The notes: generated by a model not told the origin, from the sequence alone. 64,000 nt of DNA from a candidate division FCPU426 bacterium (GCA_963771075.1 CAVYSE010000011.1:352001-416000); one strand, 5' to 3'; shown: positions 28,395-37,699, counted from the stretch's first letter. Numbers and translations are program-made.

Positions 28395-29250
28395 AAACCC
28401 CAGTGCCATGCCGGAAGGGGAAGGGCCCCTTTACGCCCCGGAAACGGGCTGGTCCCTCTTTATTAAACTCTTCATCGTCCCAGCCGCGATAGTCTTGGTT
28501 GCCCTGGGGATCTTTTTCCTGGGTTCCCTCGCCCTCCAGCACCCCAAAAGCGCCGAGCAATACCTCCAGGAATTGAGAAGCGACAATACCAACCACCGTT
28601 GGCAAGCCGCCTTCGAGCTTTCCCGCATTCTCAACCAGGGCGAAAGGATTGAGATGGACCAAAACCTTCGTTCCCAGTTGGTGCAGACATTCGAGGATAG
28701 TAAAAAGGACGATCCGAAAATAAGGCAGTACCTTGCGTTGGTTTTGGGTCGATTGAAGGAGAAAACGGCGGTTCCAGCGCTTTCGGAAGCTGTGACGGAC
28801 GAATCCACCGATGTTCGGGTTTACAGCCTATGGGCCCTGGGTAATATCGAGGACCCGGCGGGCGGACCCGCGGCCCTTGCGGCCCTTTCCGACCCGGACC
28901 CCAACGTTCAGCTCATGGCGGTCGGGGCCCTAAGTTCCTTGAAGTATGAACCGGCTAAACCCGTACTGGAAAAAGAACTGGAAAGCACCAACTCGCCTCT
29001 CCGCTACGATTCGGCGGTAGCCTTGGCCCGGATGGGAGACAACAAATGCGTGCCTACCTTAGGGGATATGTTGGACCTCAAGACGACGGGGCAAGCTGGG
29101 GATGAAAAAATTCAATCCGCGAAGTTAGCGGCGATTGAGGGATACCAGGCCTTTCCCGATCCGGTGCTCATGTTGAAGGTGCGGGATTTGAGTAAGAATG
29201 ATCCTGATTTAAAGGTGCGTGAAGCGGCCTTGGACGCGCTCAAGAAATAA
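28387..29250 (+). CDS. Membrane-anchored HEAT-repeat protein
   Basis: N-terminal TM; PBS-lyase HEAT repeats (VRVYSLWALG, VREAALDAL); overlaps the upstream stop. Confidence 0.85.
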   Translation: MTENPSAMPEGEGPLYAPETGWSLFIKLFIVPAAIVLVALGIFFLGSLALQHPKSAEQYLQELRSDNTNHRWQAAFELSRILNQGERIEMDQNLRSQLVQTFEDSKKDDPKIRQYLALVLGRLKEKTAVPALSEAVTDESTDVRVYSLWALGNIEDPAGGPAALAALSDPDPNVQLMAVGALSSLKYEPAKPVLEKELESTNSPLRYDSAVALARMGDNKCVPTLGDMLDLKTTGQAGDEKIQSAKLAAIEGYQAFPDPVLMLKVRDLSKNDPDLKVREAALDALKK

Positions 29251-29325
29251 GAGAACTTCCAAAATATTCATTCCAGGGGCACCGATTTTAAATCTTGGTT
29301 ATTTTGCGGTTTTACAAGTGCTTAA

Positions 29326-29343
29326 CTGGGTCTCTGTGGTAAA
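29326..29343. repeat. Degenerate octamer-element right arm
   Basis: ctgggtctctgtggtaaa. Confidence 0.45.
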
Positions 29344-29384
29344 GGGTTATTGATGCTATATCCAAGTCGTAAAATGAGGTTGAA

Positions 29385-30077
29385 ATGATCCTGTCCGAAG
29401 TCGCCGTACAAGGTCATCGCTGCCTGATGATGGACCCGCCCATTGTTCCGCCCGGCGCGCCGGTCGTCGTGGTTCTGCATGGCCTCGGCACCAATGGAGA
29501 TGATCTGGTACCTGTGGCGGAAGAACTGGGTTTGTCGGGATGCCGGTTCGTATTTCCTGACGCGCCGCTCCTTCTGGCGGGGTACCCCGACACGGCCTTT
29601 GCTTGGTATGACTTCCAGATTCATGACCGTAAAGAGATTGAACAAAGTAGGGAATATCTGTTCAAGATTTTTGACCGCTTTACTAACGACCCCAATCTAA
29701 GGCCCGGACCCGGCAAAGAAAAAGGAAGCAGTCCCCTGATCGTCATGGGTTTTTCCCAAGGCGGGGTCATGTCATTGGAAAGCGGGTTGAATTATAAGGG
29801 TAAGCTTTTGGGTATTGTTTCCATGAGCGGATACATGCCCGACGCCTGGGCTACCTTAAAGAAGGCCGAGGCTCCTTTTGAGACTCCTATCCTATTGGTG
29901 CATGGAACTGAGGACCCGGTGGTGCCGGTGGAAGGTTCCCGCAAGGCGAAGAAAGAGTTGGAACAGGTGGGATATCATCCCCATCTGAAGGAATTCCAAA
30001 TGCCCCACACCATCACAGAAGATTCACTCGCGACTGTCTCCGAATTCCTTTGTAAAATCATCCCCTCAAATCGTTAA
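29385..30077 (+). CDS. Phospholipase/carboxylesterase (alpha/beta hydrolase)
   Basis: LHGLG, AWYD, GFSQGG, HGTEDPVV and PH catalytic motifs. Confidence 0.93.
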   Translation: MILSEVAVQGHRCLMMDPPIVPPGAPVVVVLHGLGTNGDDLVPVAEELGLSGCRFVFPDAPLLLAGYPDTAFAWYDFQIHDRKEIEQSREYLFKIFDRFTNDPNLRPGPGKEKGSSPLIVMGFSQGGVMSLESGLNYKGKLLGIVSMSGYMPDAWATLKKAEAPFETPILLVHGTEDPVVPVEGSRKAKKELEQVGYHPHLKEFQMPHTITEDSLATVSEFLCKIIPSNR

Positions 30078-30209
30078 CTAATCGGAAATAGATGGTTTTG
30101 TCATGGCTTCTTTACCTTGAAAACCCGGGCTTGGATTTGTAACTTATCGAGGTCCTGTTAAGCAGACCAACGTGTCTATTCTTCAACTTGAATCTGGAGG
30201 TTTTTTCAA

Positions 30210-31130
30210 ATGAGGTTCTTACGAGGCGCATTCCTTTTTTTAGCCGTGAACTTTTTGGTTATGGCGACGATCTCTGTCATTGTTGGGGTTTTGGGAATGA
30301 TGGGGTATCAAATCCCTGTCGGGTACACGGGTTTGATGATGATGTGCTTTCTCTGGGGCATGGGTGGGTCCTTCATCTCCCTTCTTATATCGAGATGGAT
30401 GGCGAAGTCGATGATGGGAGTGCAGCTCATCGACCCCGAGAACGCGGGGTCCCCTGAGGAAAGGTGGCTGGTCGATACGGTCCACCGCTTGGCCAATAAC
30501 GCGGGGCTGACCACCATGCCGGAGGTTGGGATTTATGAGAGCCCGGATCCGAATGCTTTCGCGACCGGGCCTGGGAAAAACAGCGCTTTGGTGGCTGTTT
30601 CGACAGGCCTTTTCAACACGATGGGCAAGGATGAAATCGAAGGGGTGTTGGGCCATGAACTGACCCACGTCCATAACGGTGACATGGTGACCATGACCTT
30701 GATCCAGGGAGTGGTCAACTCCTTCGCCATGTTCTTCGCTTACATCATCAGTTCCGCGATCGCCCGGGGTGGGAGAGACAGGCAAGGAGGGTCCAGCTTC
30801 TTCCTTCAATATATGATTCGATGGGTATTGGAAATGGTCCTTTGTTTCTTTGGATCGCTCTTTGTGACCATGCCCTTTTCCCGCTGGAGGGAATACAGGG
30901 CCGACGCGGGAGGAGCCAAGCTGGCGGGCAAGAATAAGATGATCAGCGCATTGAAGGCCCTTCAGAGGGTTTATGAAAGGCCCGCCCCGCCGGTGCAGGA
31001 GCCTGCGGCTATGAACGCGTTCAAGATCTCAAGCCGGGACGGGGGCTTGATGGCCCTCATGGCCAGCCACCCGCCATTGGAAAAACGAATCGCGGCTTTG
31101 GAATCCGGTTCGACAGTTGTCGAAGACTAA
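30210..31130 (+). CDS. htpX: Zinc metalloprotease HtpX
   Basis: PNAFATG, HELTH (HExxH), NGDMVT, FSRWREYRAD and SHPPLE motifs. Confidence 0.96.
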   Translation: MRFLRGAFLFLAVNFLVMATISVIVGVLGMMGYQIPVGYTGLMMMCFLWGMGGSFISLLISRWMAKSMMGVQLIDPENAGSPEERWLVDTVHRLANNAGLTTMPEVGIYESPDPNAFATGPGKNSALVAVSTGLFNTMGKDEIEGVLGHELTHVHNGDMVTMTLIQGVVNSFAMFFAYIISSAIARGGRDRQGGSSFFLQYMIRWVLEMVLCFFGSLFVTMPFSRWREYRADAGGAKLAGKNKMISALKALQRVYERPAPPVQEPAAMNAFKISSRDGGLMALMASHPPLEKRIAALESGSTVVED

Positions 31131-31143
31131 GTGACATTTGTTT

Positions 31144-31176
31144 AAAGGCGGTTGGGATTTCCCAACCGCCTTTTTT
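31144..31176. terminator. Bidirectional terminator
   Basis: aaaggcggttggga/tcccaaccgccttt. Confidence 0.85.
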
Positions 31177-31188
31177 ATTTAGAGAGTC

Positions 31189-32250
31189 TTAAGGCCAGTT
31201 AACTGGGAATATTTCCGGATGAAAATGAGAACCCGTCTTTTTATATTTCGTTTCCAGCATATTGACCCGGCCGTCCTTTAAGGACTCCACGTGTAGTTTT
31301 TCCCAAGCAAAGGAACTTTTATCCGCGATCGACTTTGCTTTTCCCCAAAATTGGAAGCCTTTCGCGAGTTTTCCTTCCATCCAATTCACTTCGGCGAATC
31401 CAAGCAGGGTATAGATACGGCCCCGGGTATCGCCTGTGATGACGAACAGTCGATCGGCGGATAGAAAAGCCTTGCGAGCTAGGGAGAATCGCCGAAGCAT
31501 TTTTTCCGCAGTGCCAATGGACCAGAGGGTATAGGCATAGCTGACCTTGTCACCGATCGTTCCGTAAAGTTTCTCGGCTTTGCGGTAAAAGGGAAGCGCC
31601 TGTTTAAACCGGCCCGCCATGCGCTCCACGTTGCCAAGACCGCAATAGGAGTAGGCGGTACCGAAGGTATCCTTCCTTTCCCACATCCGCCGGTTGGCTT
31701 CCCGATACCATTTGCCCGATTCAGCGTAACGGCCCAGCATTCGGTAAACCCCACCCAAGGCGCAGCAGGTATAGGCGATTCCTTCTTCCTCTTTTAGCTT
31801 TTTGTAAATCCGCAAGGCGACCTGAAGTTCCGCCAGGCCCCTTCTCATGTCACCTGCGATGCGGTAAGTCCCGCCCAAGGCCCAATGCACAAAAGCTTCG
31901 CCCTGGGGATCTTTTTCTTTCTTATAAAAGGAGAGTGCTGCTTTCAACTTGGTCAAGGCTTCGATAGGCCGACCTACAGCCCGGGCCGCCAAAGCCCAGC
32001 CTACTTTGGCATCCATCACGCCCATTGGATCCTTTCCTTTCAAACAGTTGGAAGCCATTTCGTAATGATGGAGGGAGGCACGGAAATCACCTTGAATTCT
32101 TTGAACATCAGCGAGACCTAAAGCGGCTTCGGCTTTTTCAAACGGATCAAATAGGTTTTTCAATAGCCTTTTGTACAGGTTTTGGGCTTTCTTAAATTGG
32201 GATGAAAGCCTAGCCTGATGGGCCTGGTCAAAGAGTCGAACAGTGTTCAT
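31189..32250 (-). CDS. Tetratricopeptide-repeat protein (MalT-like TPR)
   Basis: Repeated (A/T)xxxxxLGxxYRxxG units. Confidence 0.85.
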   Translation of the reverse strand: MNTVRLFDQAHQARLSSQFKKAQNLYKRLLKNLFDPFEKAEAALGLADVQRIQGDFRASLHHYEMASNCLKGKDPMGVMDAKVGWALAARAVGRPIEALTKLKAALSFYKKEKDPQGEAFVHWALGGTYRIAGDMRRGLAELQVALRIYKKLKEEEGIAYTCCALGGVYRMLGRYAESGKWYREANRRMWERKDTFGTAYSYCGLGNVERMAGRFKQALPFYRKAEKLYGTIGDKVSYAYTLWSIGTAEKMLRRFSLARKAFLSADRLFVITGDTRGRIYTLLGFAEVNWMEGKLAKGFQFWGKAKSIADKSSFAWEKLHVESLKDGRVNMLETKYKKTGSHFHPEIFPVNWP

Positions 32251-32377
32251 GAAAAGTCCTTGGGTGAGGTGGGTTCATCATCGGGATTTCGGTTTTTTTT
32301 TCATTAATAAAAAACTTAAAAACCCAAACTAATTGTTATTAAGGTTATACACATTTAAAAATACAAAATAAAAAGTT

Positions 32378-32391
32378 CTACAATATTGTCG
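32378..32391. promoter_or_regulatory. Putative nitrogen-regulon site (distal)
   Basis: CTACA-ATAT-TGTCG. Confidence 0.5.
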
Positions 32392-32491
32392 CGTCAATAA
32401 AAGCATTGATTTTATTGATCTTTTAAACCTCCCTTATTCAAATTTGAATTTTTTAAATGGCTAATTTTTTGTGGATAAAATTTTTCAAAGT

Positions 32492-32514
32492 TGTAACAAG
32501 CGACAATTTCGTAG
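32492..32514. promoter_or_regulatory. Putative nitrogen-regulon UAS (proximal)
   Basis: TGT-aacaagcg-ACA-attt-CGTAG. Confidence 0.55.
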
Positions 32515-32569
32515 CCTGTTTTTAAGATTTTTATCCATAAATTCATGGAATAACCTTCATTTTCATCAT

Positions 32570-32585
32570 TGGCACGAAACTCGCT
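32570..32585 (+). promoter_or_regulatory. sigma54 promoter for amtB-2
   Basis: TGGCACGAAACTCGCT. Confidence 0.8.
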
Positions 32586-32643
32586 TTCCTAAGCCTGTTT
32601 TGCTCCGAGAGAGAGCGAATTTTGCCGAAAAGGAGATTGAAGA

Positions 32644-34029
32644 ATGAGTTTTCTTAAAACTTTTGCCCCGGTTTTGAGGGGGAATGGGATCAGATTGGCC
32701 CTGATCGGCTTCACCTTGGGACTGACAATCAACGCTTTGGCTCAACAGGCTCCGGCCGCGTCCGTTCCGGCGCAAGCCCCTGCGGCTGCGCCTGCCGCCG
32801 CGACCCAGGCAGCGCCAGTGGCTCCGGCCATCAGCGCGGGCGACACAGCTTGGGTGCTAACTTCCGCTGCTCTCGTGCTTTTGATGACGCCCGGGTTGGC
32901 TTTCTTTTATGGCGGGATGGTGCGCAGGAAAAACGTTCTGGCCACAATCATGCAGAGTTTTTTCCTGGTGGCCTTGATCAGCGTGCAATGGGTCATCTGG
33001 GGCTACTCCTTGGCCTTCAGCCCGGGGAGCACTCCTTACATTGGAAGTCTTGATTGGCTCTTTCTGCACAATATGCCAGCGGTGAGCTCCAACGCTCCGA
33101 CCATCCCCCATTATGCCTACATGATATTCCAGGCCATGTTCGCCATCATTACCCCGGCCCTGATCTGCGGGGCTTATGCTGAGCGTGTGAACTTCAAGGG
33201 CTTCGTTGTCTTCTCGCTTCTGTGGGCCACTTTCGTTTACGACCCGATCGCTCACTGGGTCTGGGGCGGTGGTTTCTTTAGCAACGCGCTTGATTTTGCC
33301 GGCGGCACGGTTGTTCATATGTCCTCCGGATATTCAGCCCTTACTCTGGCGCTTCTTCTGGGGACCCGGAAGGGATACGGGAAGAATCCCATGGTTCCCC
33401 ACAACCTAACCCTGGTCCTTTTGGGCGCGAGCCTGCTGTGGTTCGGTTGGTTCGGTTTCAACGCTGGTTCCGCCTGTGCCGCCAACTCTCTGGCTTGCAA
33501 CGCCTTCGTCACCACCAATACGGCAACTGCCATGGCGGCAATCACTTGGTGCCTCATCGAATTGTTTCATCACGGCAAGGCTACTTCCCTTGGAGCTGCT
33601 TCGGGCGCGGTGGCTGGACTGGTTGCCATCACCCCGGCTTGCGGTTATGTGGATGTGATGGGGGCGTTGATCATCGGCTTCATCGTTTCCTTCCTCTGCT
33701 ATGCGGCCATCCAAATCAAGGTCAAGATGGGCTATGACGACTCGCTGGACGCCTTTGGGGTTCATGGGGTGGGTGGGACCTGGGGCGCCTTGGCCACCGG
33801 CCTTTTCGCTTTGAAATCCATCAACGGGACCGATGGCTGGTTCGCCGGCAACCCGGCCCAATTTTTCATCCAACTCAAGACCGTGGGTTGCACGGCGGTT
33901 TACTCCGTCCTTTGCACGATCGTCCTCTTCTTGCTGGTGGAGAAAACCATCGGCTTGCGTGTTTCCGCGAGGGATGAGGAAGTGGGTTTGGACCTGTCCC
34001 AACATGGGGAAGAGGGATACAACTTCTAA
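32644..34029 (+). CDS. amtB: Ammonium transporter #2
   Basis: LMTPGLAFFYGG, DFAGGTVVH, DDSLDAFGVHG and GLDLSQHGE motifs. Confidence 0.97.
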   Translation: MSFLKTFAPVLRGNGIRLALIGFTLGLTINALAQQAPAASVPAQAPAAAPAAATQAAPVAPAISAGDTAWVLTSAALVLLMTPGLAFFYGGMVRRKNVLATIMQSFFLVALISVQWVIWGYSLAFSPGSTPYIGSLDWLFLHNMPAVSSNAPTIPHYAYMIFQAMFAIITPALICGAYAERVNFKGFVVFSLLWATFVYDPIAHWVWGGGFFSNALDFAGGTVVHMSSGYSALTLALLLGTRKGYGKNPMVPHNLTLVLLGASLLWFGWFGFNAGSACAANSLACNAFVTTNTATAMAAITWCLIELFHHGKATSLGAASGAVAGLVAITPACGYVDVMGALIIGFIVSFLCYAAIQIKVKMGYDDSLDAFGVHGVGGTWGALATGLFALKSINGTDGWFAGNPAQFFIQLKTVGCTAVYSVLCTIVLFLLVEKTIGLRVSARDEEVGLDLSQHGEEGYNF

Positions 34030-34115
34030 AGAGCAGCCGATAGCTATTGGCTTTTAGCAAGGCATTTAACGGAAGACAAAAATTGGAACACGGAAAGAGC
34101 GTAAAGGAGAAAATA

Positions 34116-34451
34116 ATGAAAAAAGTCGAGGCGGTCATCCGTCCCAGCGCTTTGAGGGATATTTTGGAGAGTTTGAAGAACGTTGGTTATCACGGTGTCA
34201 CCGTGACCGAAGTGCAAGGCCATGGAAAACAAAAAGGCATCACCGAATCCTACCGGGGTCAGAGTGTTGAAAATTTACTGCCCAAGATGGTGATCACCGC
34301 GGTCGTGAACGACAAGGAAGTACCCAAGGTCCTGAAAGCGATCATTGATGCGGCGCGAACGGGTGAAATAGGTGACGGGAAGATATTCGTATCATCGGTT
34401 TCGGATGCCATCCGAATAAGAACCGGTGAAAAAGGACCCAAAGCCTTATAA
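34116..34451 (+). CDS. glnK: PII protein
   Basis: MKKVEAVIRP, GHGKQKG, TGEIGDGKIF, RIRTGE; AAGGAG SD. Confidence 0.95.
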   Translation: MKKVEAVIRPSALRDILESLKNVGYHGVTVTEVQGHGKQKGITESYRGQSVENLLPKMVITAVVNDKEVPKVLKAIIDAARTGEIGDGKIFVSSVSDAIRIRTGEKGPKAL

Positions 34452-34464
34452 GCTGATTTTTAGT

Positions 34465-34503
34465 AAAAAAGAGGCCTGGAGGACTCCCTCCGGGCCTTTT
34501 TTT
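34465..34503 (+). terminator. Intrinsic terminator
   Basis: aggcctggagg/cctccgggcct followed by T-run. Confidence 0.8.
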
Positions 34504-34570
34504 GCTTCAATCGCCTCAAAAACCCTCGATTTTTGCTTATTTAACTGCCCGAACTATGATTTTAAATATG

Positions 34571-34584
34571 TTACAAAATTGTAG
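34571..34584. promoter_or_regulatory. Putative nitrogen-regulon site upstream of amtB-3
   Basis: TTACA-AAAT-TGTAG. Confidence 0.5.
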
Positions 34585-34647
34585 ATTCGATTAGTCTTTC
34601 TAAGCTTTTGGCGTTTTTTCGTCAAAACCTCAAGGAGTGATCGAGAA

Positions 34648-35967
34648 ATGAAATTACGAAGCGTGTTTTGGTGGTCTCTCAGCTTCTTCGGTTTGGCGGT
34701 CTTAGCCACCGCCCAAACCCCGGCAGCCCCTGTGGCGGCTGCGGCCCCGGCAGGGCCGGTGATCAGCGCGGGTGATACCGCGTGGGTTTTGGTTTCCACG
34801 GCCCTAGTCATGTTGATGACCCCGGGCTTGGGACTTTTCTACGGTGGGATGGTACGGCGCAAGAATGTGCTCTCCACCATCATGCAGAGCTTTTTTCTCG
34901 TCGCTCTAATCAGCATCCAGTGGGTGTTGTGGGGATATTCCACGTCCTTTTCACCGGGGACCGAATACATCGGGGGCTTGGGTTGGGCTTTCTTAAGGAA
35001 CATCGGCCCCGTCAGCTCGAATGCTCCGACCATCCCTCACCTGGCTTTCATCCTCTTCCAGGCCATGTTCGCGGTCATCACTCCCGCACTCATCACCGGC
35101 GCCTACGCCGAAAGGGTGAGCTTCAAGGGCTTTCTTCTCTTCTCCCTTCTCTGGGCCGCCCTGGTCTATGATCCCATCTGCCACTGGGTTTGGAGTAGTG
35201 GTGGGTGGTGGGCCAAGATGGGTGGTCTCGATTTCGCGGGGGGAGTGGTGGTTCACATCAGCGCCGGTTTTTCCGCACTGGCTTTAGCTCTACTCCTGGG
35301 AATACGTCGAGGGTACGGCAAGGAGACCATGGTGCCGCATAACATGACCATGGTCATCACCGGTACTGGCCTTTTGTGGTTCGGCTGGTTCGGGTTCAAC
35401 GCGGGCTCGGCCCTGGCTGCCAATAACGTGGCCTGCAGCGCTTTCCTGGCCACCAATACGGCGGGCGCCATGGCGACCCTGGTCTGGTGCCTGTTGGAAA
35501 GCATGCACCGCGGGAAGGCAACCACCCTGGGCGCAGCCTCGGGGGCCATCGCGGGATTGGCGGCGGTCACTCCCGCCTCGGGCTACGTGGATATGTGGGG
35601 CGCTCTTTGCATCGGCGCTATCGCCAGCCTGGTTTGCTACAGCGCGATCCTGGTGAAGATCAAGTGGGGCTATGACGACTCCCTGGACGCCTTTGGGGTA
35701 CACGGGGTCGGCGGGTTCTGGGGAACGCTGGCGGTGGGGCTTTGGGCCTGCCCGGCCGTGAACGGGAAGGCCGGTTGGTTTTATGGCAACTCGAACCAAT
35801 TTTTCATCCAACTGGGGATGGCCGGCGCGGCCGCGGTCTATTCATTGGGCGTGACCATGATCCTGTATCTCATCGTGGAAAAGACCGTGGGATTCCGGGC
35901 CCAGACCAAGGACGAGGACATGGGGCTGGACATCACCCAGCATGGTGAAGAGGGTTACAACTACTAA
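34648..35967 (+). CDS. amtB: Ammonium transporter #3
   Basis: Same Amt motifs; close paralog of #2. Confidence 0.97.
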   Translation: MKLRSVFWWSLSFFGLAVLATAQTPAAPVAAAAPAGPVISAGDTAWVLVSTALVMLMTPGLGLFYGGMVRRKNVLSTIMQSFFLVALISIQWVLWGYSTSFSPGTEYIGGLGWAFLRNIGPVSSNAPTIPHLAFILFQAMFAVITPALITGAYAERVSFKGFLLFSLLWAALVYDPICHWVWSSGGWWAKMGGLDFAGGVVVHISAGFSALALALLLGIRRGYGKETMVPHNMTMVITGTGLLWFGWFGFNAGSALAANNVACSAFLATNTAGAMATLVWCLLESMHRGKATTLGAASGAIAGLAAVTPASGYVDMWGALCIGAIASLVCYSAILVKIKWGYDDSLDAFGVHGVGGFWGTLAVGLWACPAVNGKAGWFYGNSNQFFIQLGMAGAAAVYSLGVTMILYLIVEKTVGFRAQTKDEDMGLDITQHGEEGYNY

Positions 35968-36052
35968 GTCTTTCACTGGGAAGGGCCGTCTTGAGAAGTC
36001 TCCGGCCCCGCGCACATAATGGTTAGGGAAAAAAAGAGCAAAGGGGACATAC

Positions 36053-36400
36053 ATGAAATCGAGCATCAAGAAGATCGAGGCGGTCATCCGCCCCAGCGCC
36101 CTTCGGGCGGTGTTGGATGGGCTTAAATCCGTCGGGTATCCGGGGGTAATGGTGACCGACGTGCAGGGCCACGGCAAACAGAGGGGAATAACGGAAAATT
36201 ACAGGGGCCAAAGCGTGGAGGGTCTTTTGCAGAAACTCCTGGTCACCACGGTGGTTCAAGATAAGGACGTGAAGAAAGTGGTCCAGATCCTGGTCACGAC
36301 GACCCGTACCGGCGAAATTGGGGATGGAAAAATATTTATTTCTCCGGTGGAGGATGTGATCCGCGTCCGTACGGGGGAAAAGGGAACCAAGGCGCTGTAA
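36053..36400 (+). CDS. glnK: PII protein
   Basis: KKIEAVIRP, GHGKQRG, TGEIGDGKIF, RVRTGE. Confidence 0.93.
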   Translation: MKSSIKKIEAVIRPSALRAVLDGLKSVGYPGVMVTDVQGHGKQRGITENYRGQSVEGLLQKLLVTTVVQDKDVKKVVQILVTTTRTGEIGDGKIFISPVEDVIRVRTGEKGTKAL

Positions 36401-36424
36401 TCGCCTTTAACCAATCTTTACAAT

Positions 36425-36461
36425 GGCCCTTCCCGGTTCAAATGGGAAGGGCCTTTTTTTT
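36425..36461 (+). terminator. Intrinsic terminator
   Basis: ggcccttccc/gggaagggcc followed by T-run. Confidence 0.85.
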
Positions 36462-36471
36462 GGGGTAAAAC

Positions 36472-37467
36472 ATGAACAAAAAATGGATGGGTTTGTTTCT
36501 TTTCGTTTTCTTCAACGGGTGGGCGCTTGGATTTACGCAAGGGACCCCGCCGTCCATTCAAGTCTTGCCTTGGAATGGACACCGTGCCGCGATTTCCTTG
36601 ACCTTTGACGACGGCGACCCCTCCCATTTGGACGTGGCTTTACCCGAATTGAATTCCCGCGGCCTTAAGGCCACCTTTTTCATCATCGGCAACAAGATCG
36701 ACCGGAAGGATGACTGGCGGAAGATCCTTATCGCGGGTCACGAGATAGGCAATCACAGCTTGGACCACCTCCATACCTCGGACCTGAAAACTCCACGCGA
36801 CCTGGAAGCCCAGGTGGTCGGGTCCCAAAATGTCCTCCAAAAAGAATTCGGAGTTTCGCTTTATACCTACGCTTATCCCTTCACCGAAACGACCCCTGAG
36901 TTGGAATCCCTGGTGGGAAAAACCCATTTATTGGCCCGAGGGGGATGGGGCCAAGGCCAGTCGGACTTGAAACCGGAGGCGGAACCCGATTGGTTAAACC
37001 TGCCGTCCCGAATGACCCAAACGAACCTGCCCTGGGTAACCTATCAGTCTTGGTTGGACGCCGACTTAAAGGACGGCGCCTGGATGATATTTACCATCCA
37101 CGGGTTGGAGGGAACCCCCTGGGGCTGGCAACCCATTAGACGGGCCATGTTGACCCAAATCCTCGACTTTCTTTCAAAGAATGACTATTGGGTCGATACC
37201 CTCATGCGCGTGGGAAGCTATTTCCGAGCCCAAAAAATTTTCGAGAAGGCCTCGGCCGAACCGATGGGGAATGGGGTCCGGTACCGGTGGCAGGTTCCCG
37301 GCGTCTTTCCCCCGGGCGTGACACTTCGGGTGAGGATGGCTCCTTCCAACCCGGCCGGTCGGAGCCTGGCGCCCAGCCAAGATGGGAAGTCGTTGAAGGA
37401 AGACGGGACGGGAGTCTATACCGTCGAATTCAACCGCGGTGAATTGACATTTCTGCCCAAAAGTTGA
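36472..37467 (+). CDS. Secreted polysaccharide deacetylase (CE4/NodB)
   Basis: SLTFDDG, ATFF, HEIGNHSLDH and YAYP motifs. Confidence 0.9.
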   Translation: MNKKWMGLFLFVFFNGWALGFTQGTPPSIQVLPWNGHRAAISLTFDDGDPSHLDVALPELNSRGLKATFFIIGNKIDRKDDWRKILIAGHEIGNHSLDHLHTSDLKTPRDLEAQVVGSQNVLQKEFGVSLYTYAYPFTETTPELESLVGKTHLLARGGWGQGQSDLKPEAEPDWLNLPSRMTQTNLPWVTYQSWLDADLKDGAWMIFTIHGLEGTPWGWQPIRRAMLTQILDFLSKNDYWVDTLMRVGSYFRAQKIFEKASAEPMGNGVRYRWQVPGVFPPGVTLRVRMAPSNPAGRSLAPSQDGKSLKEDGTGVYTVEFNRGELTFLPKS

Positions 37468-37610
37468 CCAAGTTTAAGGTTACGCCCTTGTATCCTTTGG
37501 AGAAGATTTAGAAACTTATTTGACAGGCCTGGAAAATTTTTAAAACTATTTCTTCCTTTGCTCTTTTCAGCATGGCAAAAGAACCCCGCGATTTCTAAAA
37601 TAAGCCGCGA

Positions 37611-37624
37611 TGAAAACGTTTTTT
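37611..37624. promoter_or_regulatory. LacI-family operator (likely autoregulatory)
   Basis: TGAAAACGTTTTTT, a central-CG palindrome typical of LacI/GalR operators, upstream of the LacI gene. Confidence 0.55.
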
Positions 37625-37699
37625 TGCGTTTGATCGGTTCAGCCTTGCTGGTAAATCTCAATACCAATTAACGGATTTCGATCTTAGGAGAATATCACC

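Noticed and set aside
34030..34060. Third heptamer-like repeat (gatagct attggct tttagca)
   Set aside because: It is a single, very degenerate occurrence.
34609..34624. TGGCGT... upstream of amtB-3 as a sigma54 promoter
   Set aside because: There is no GC at the GG-N10 position.
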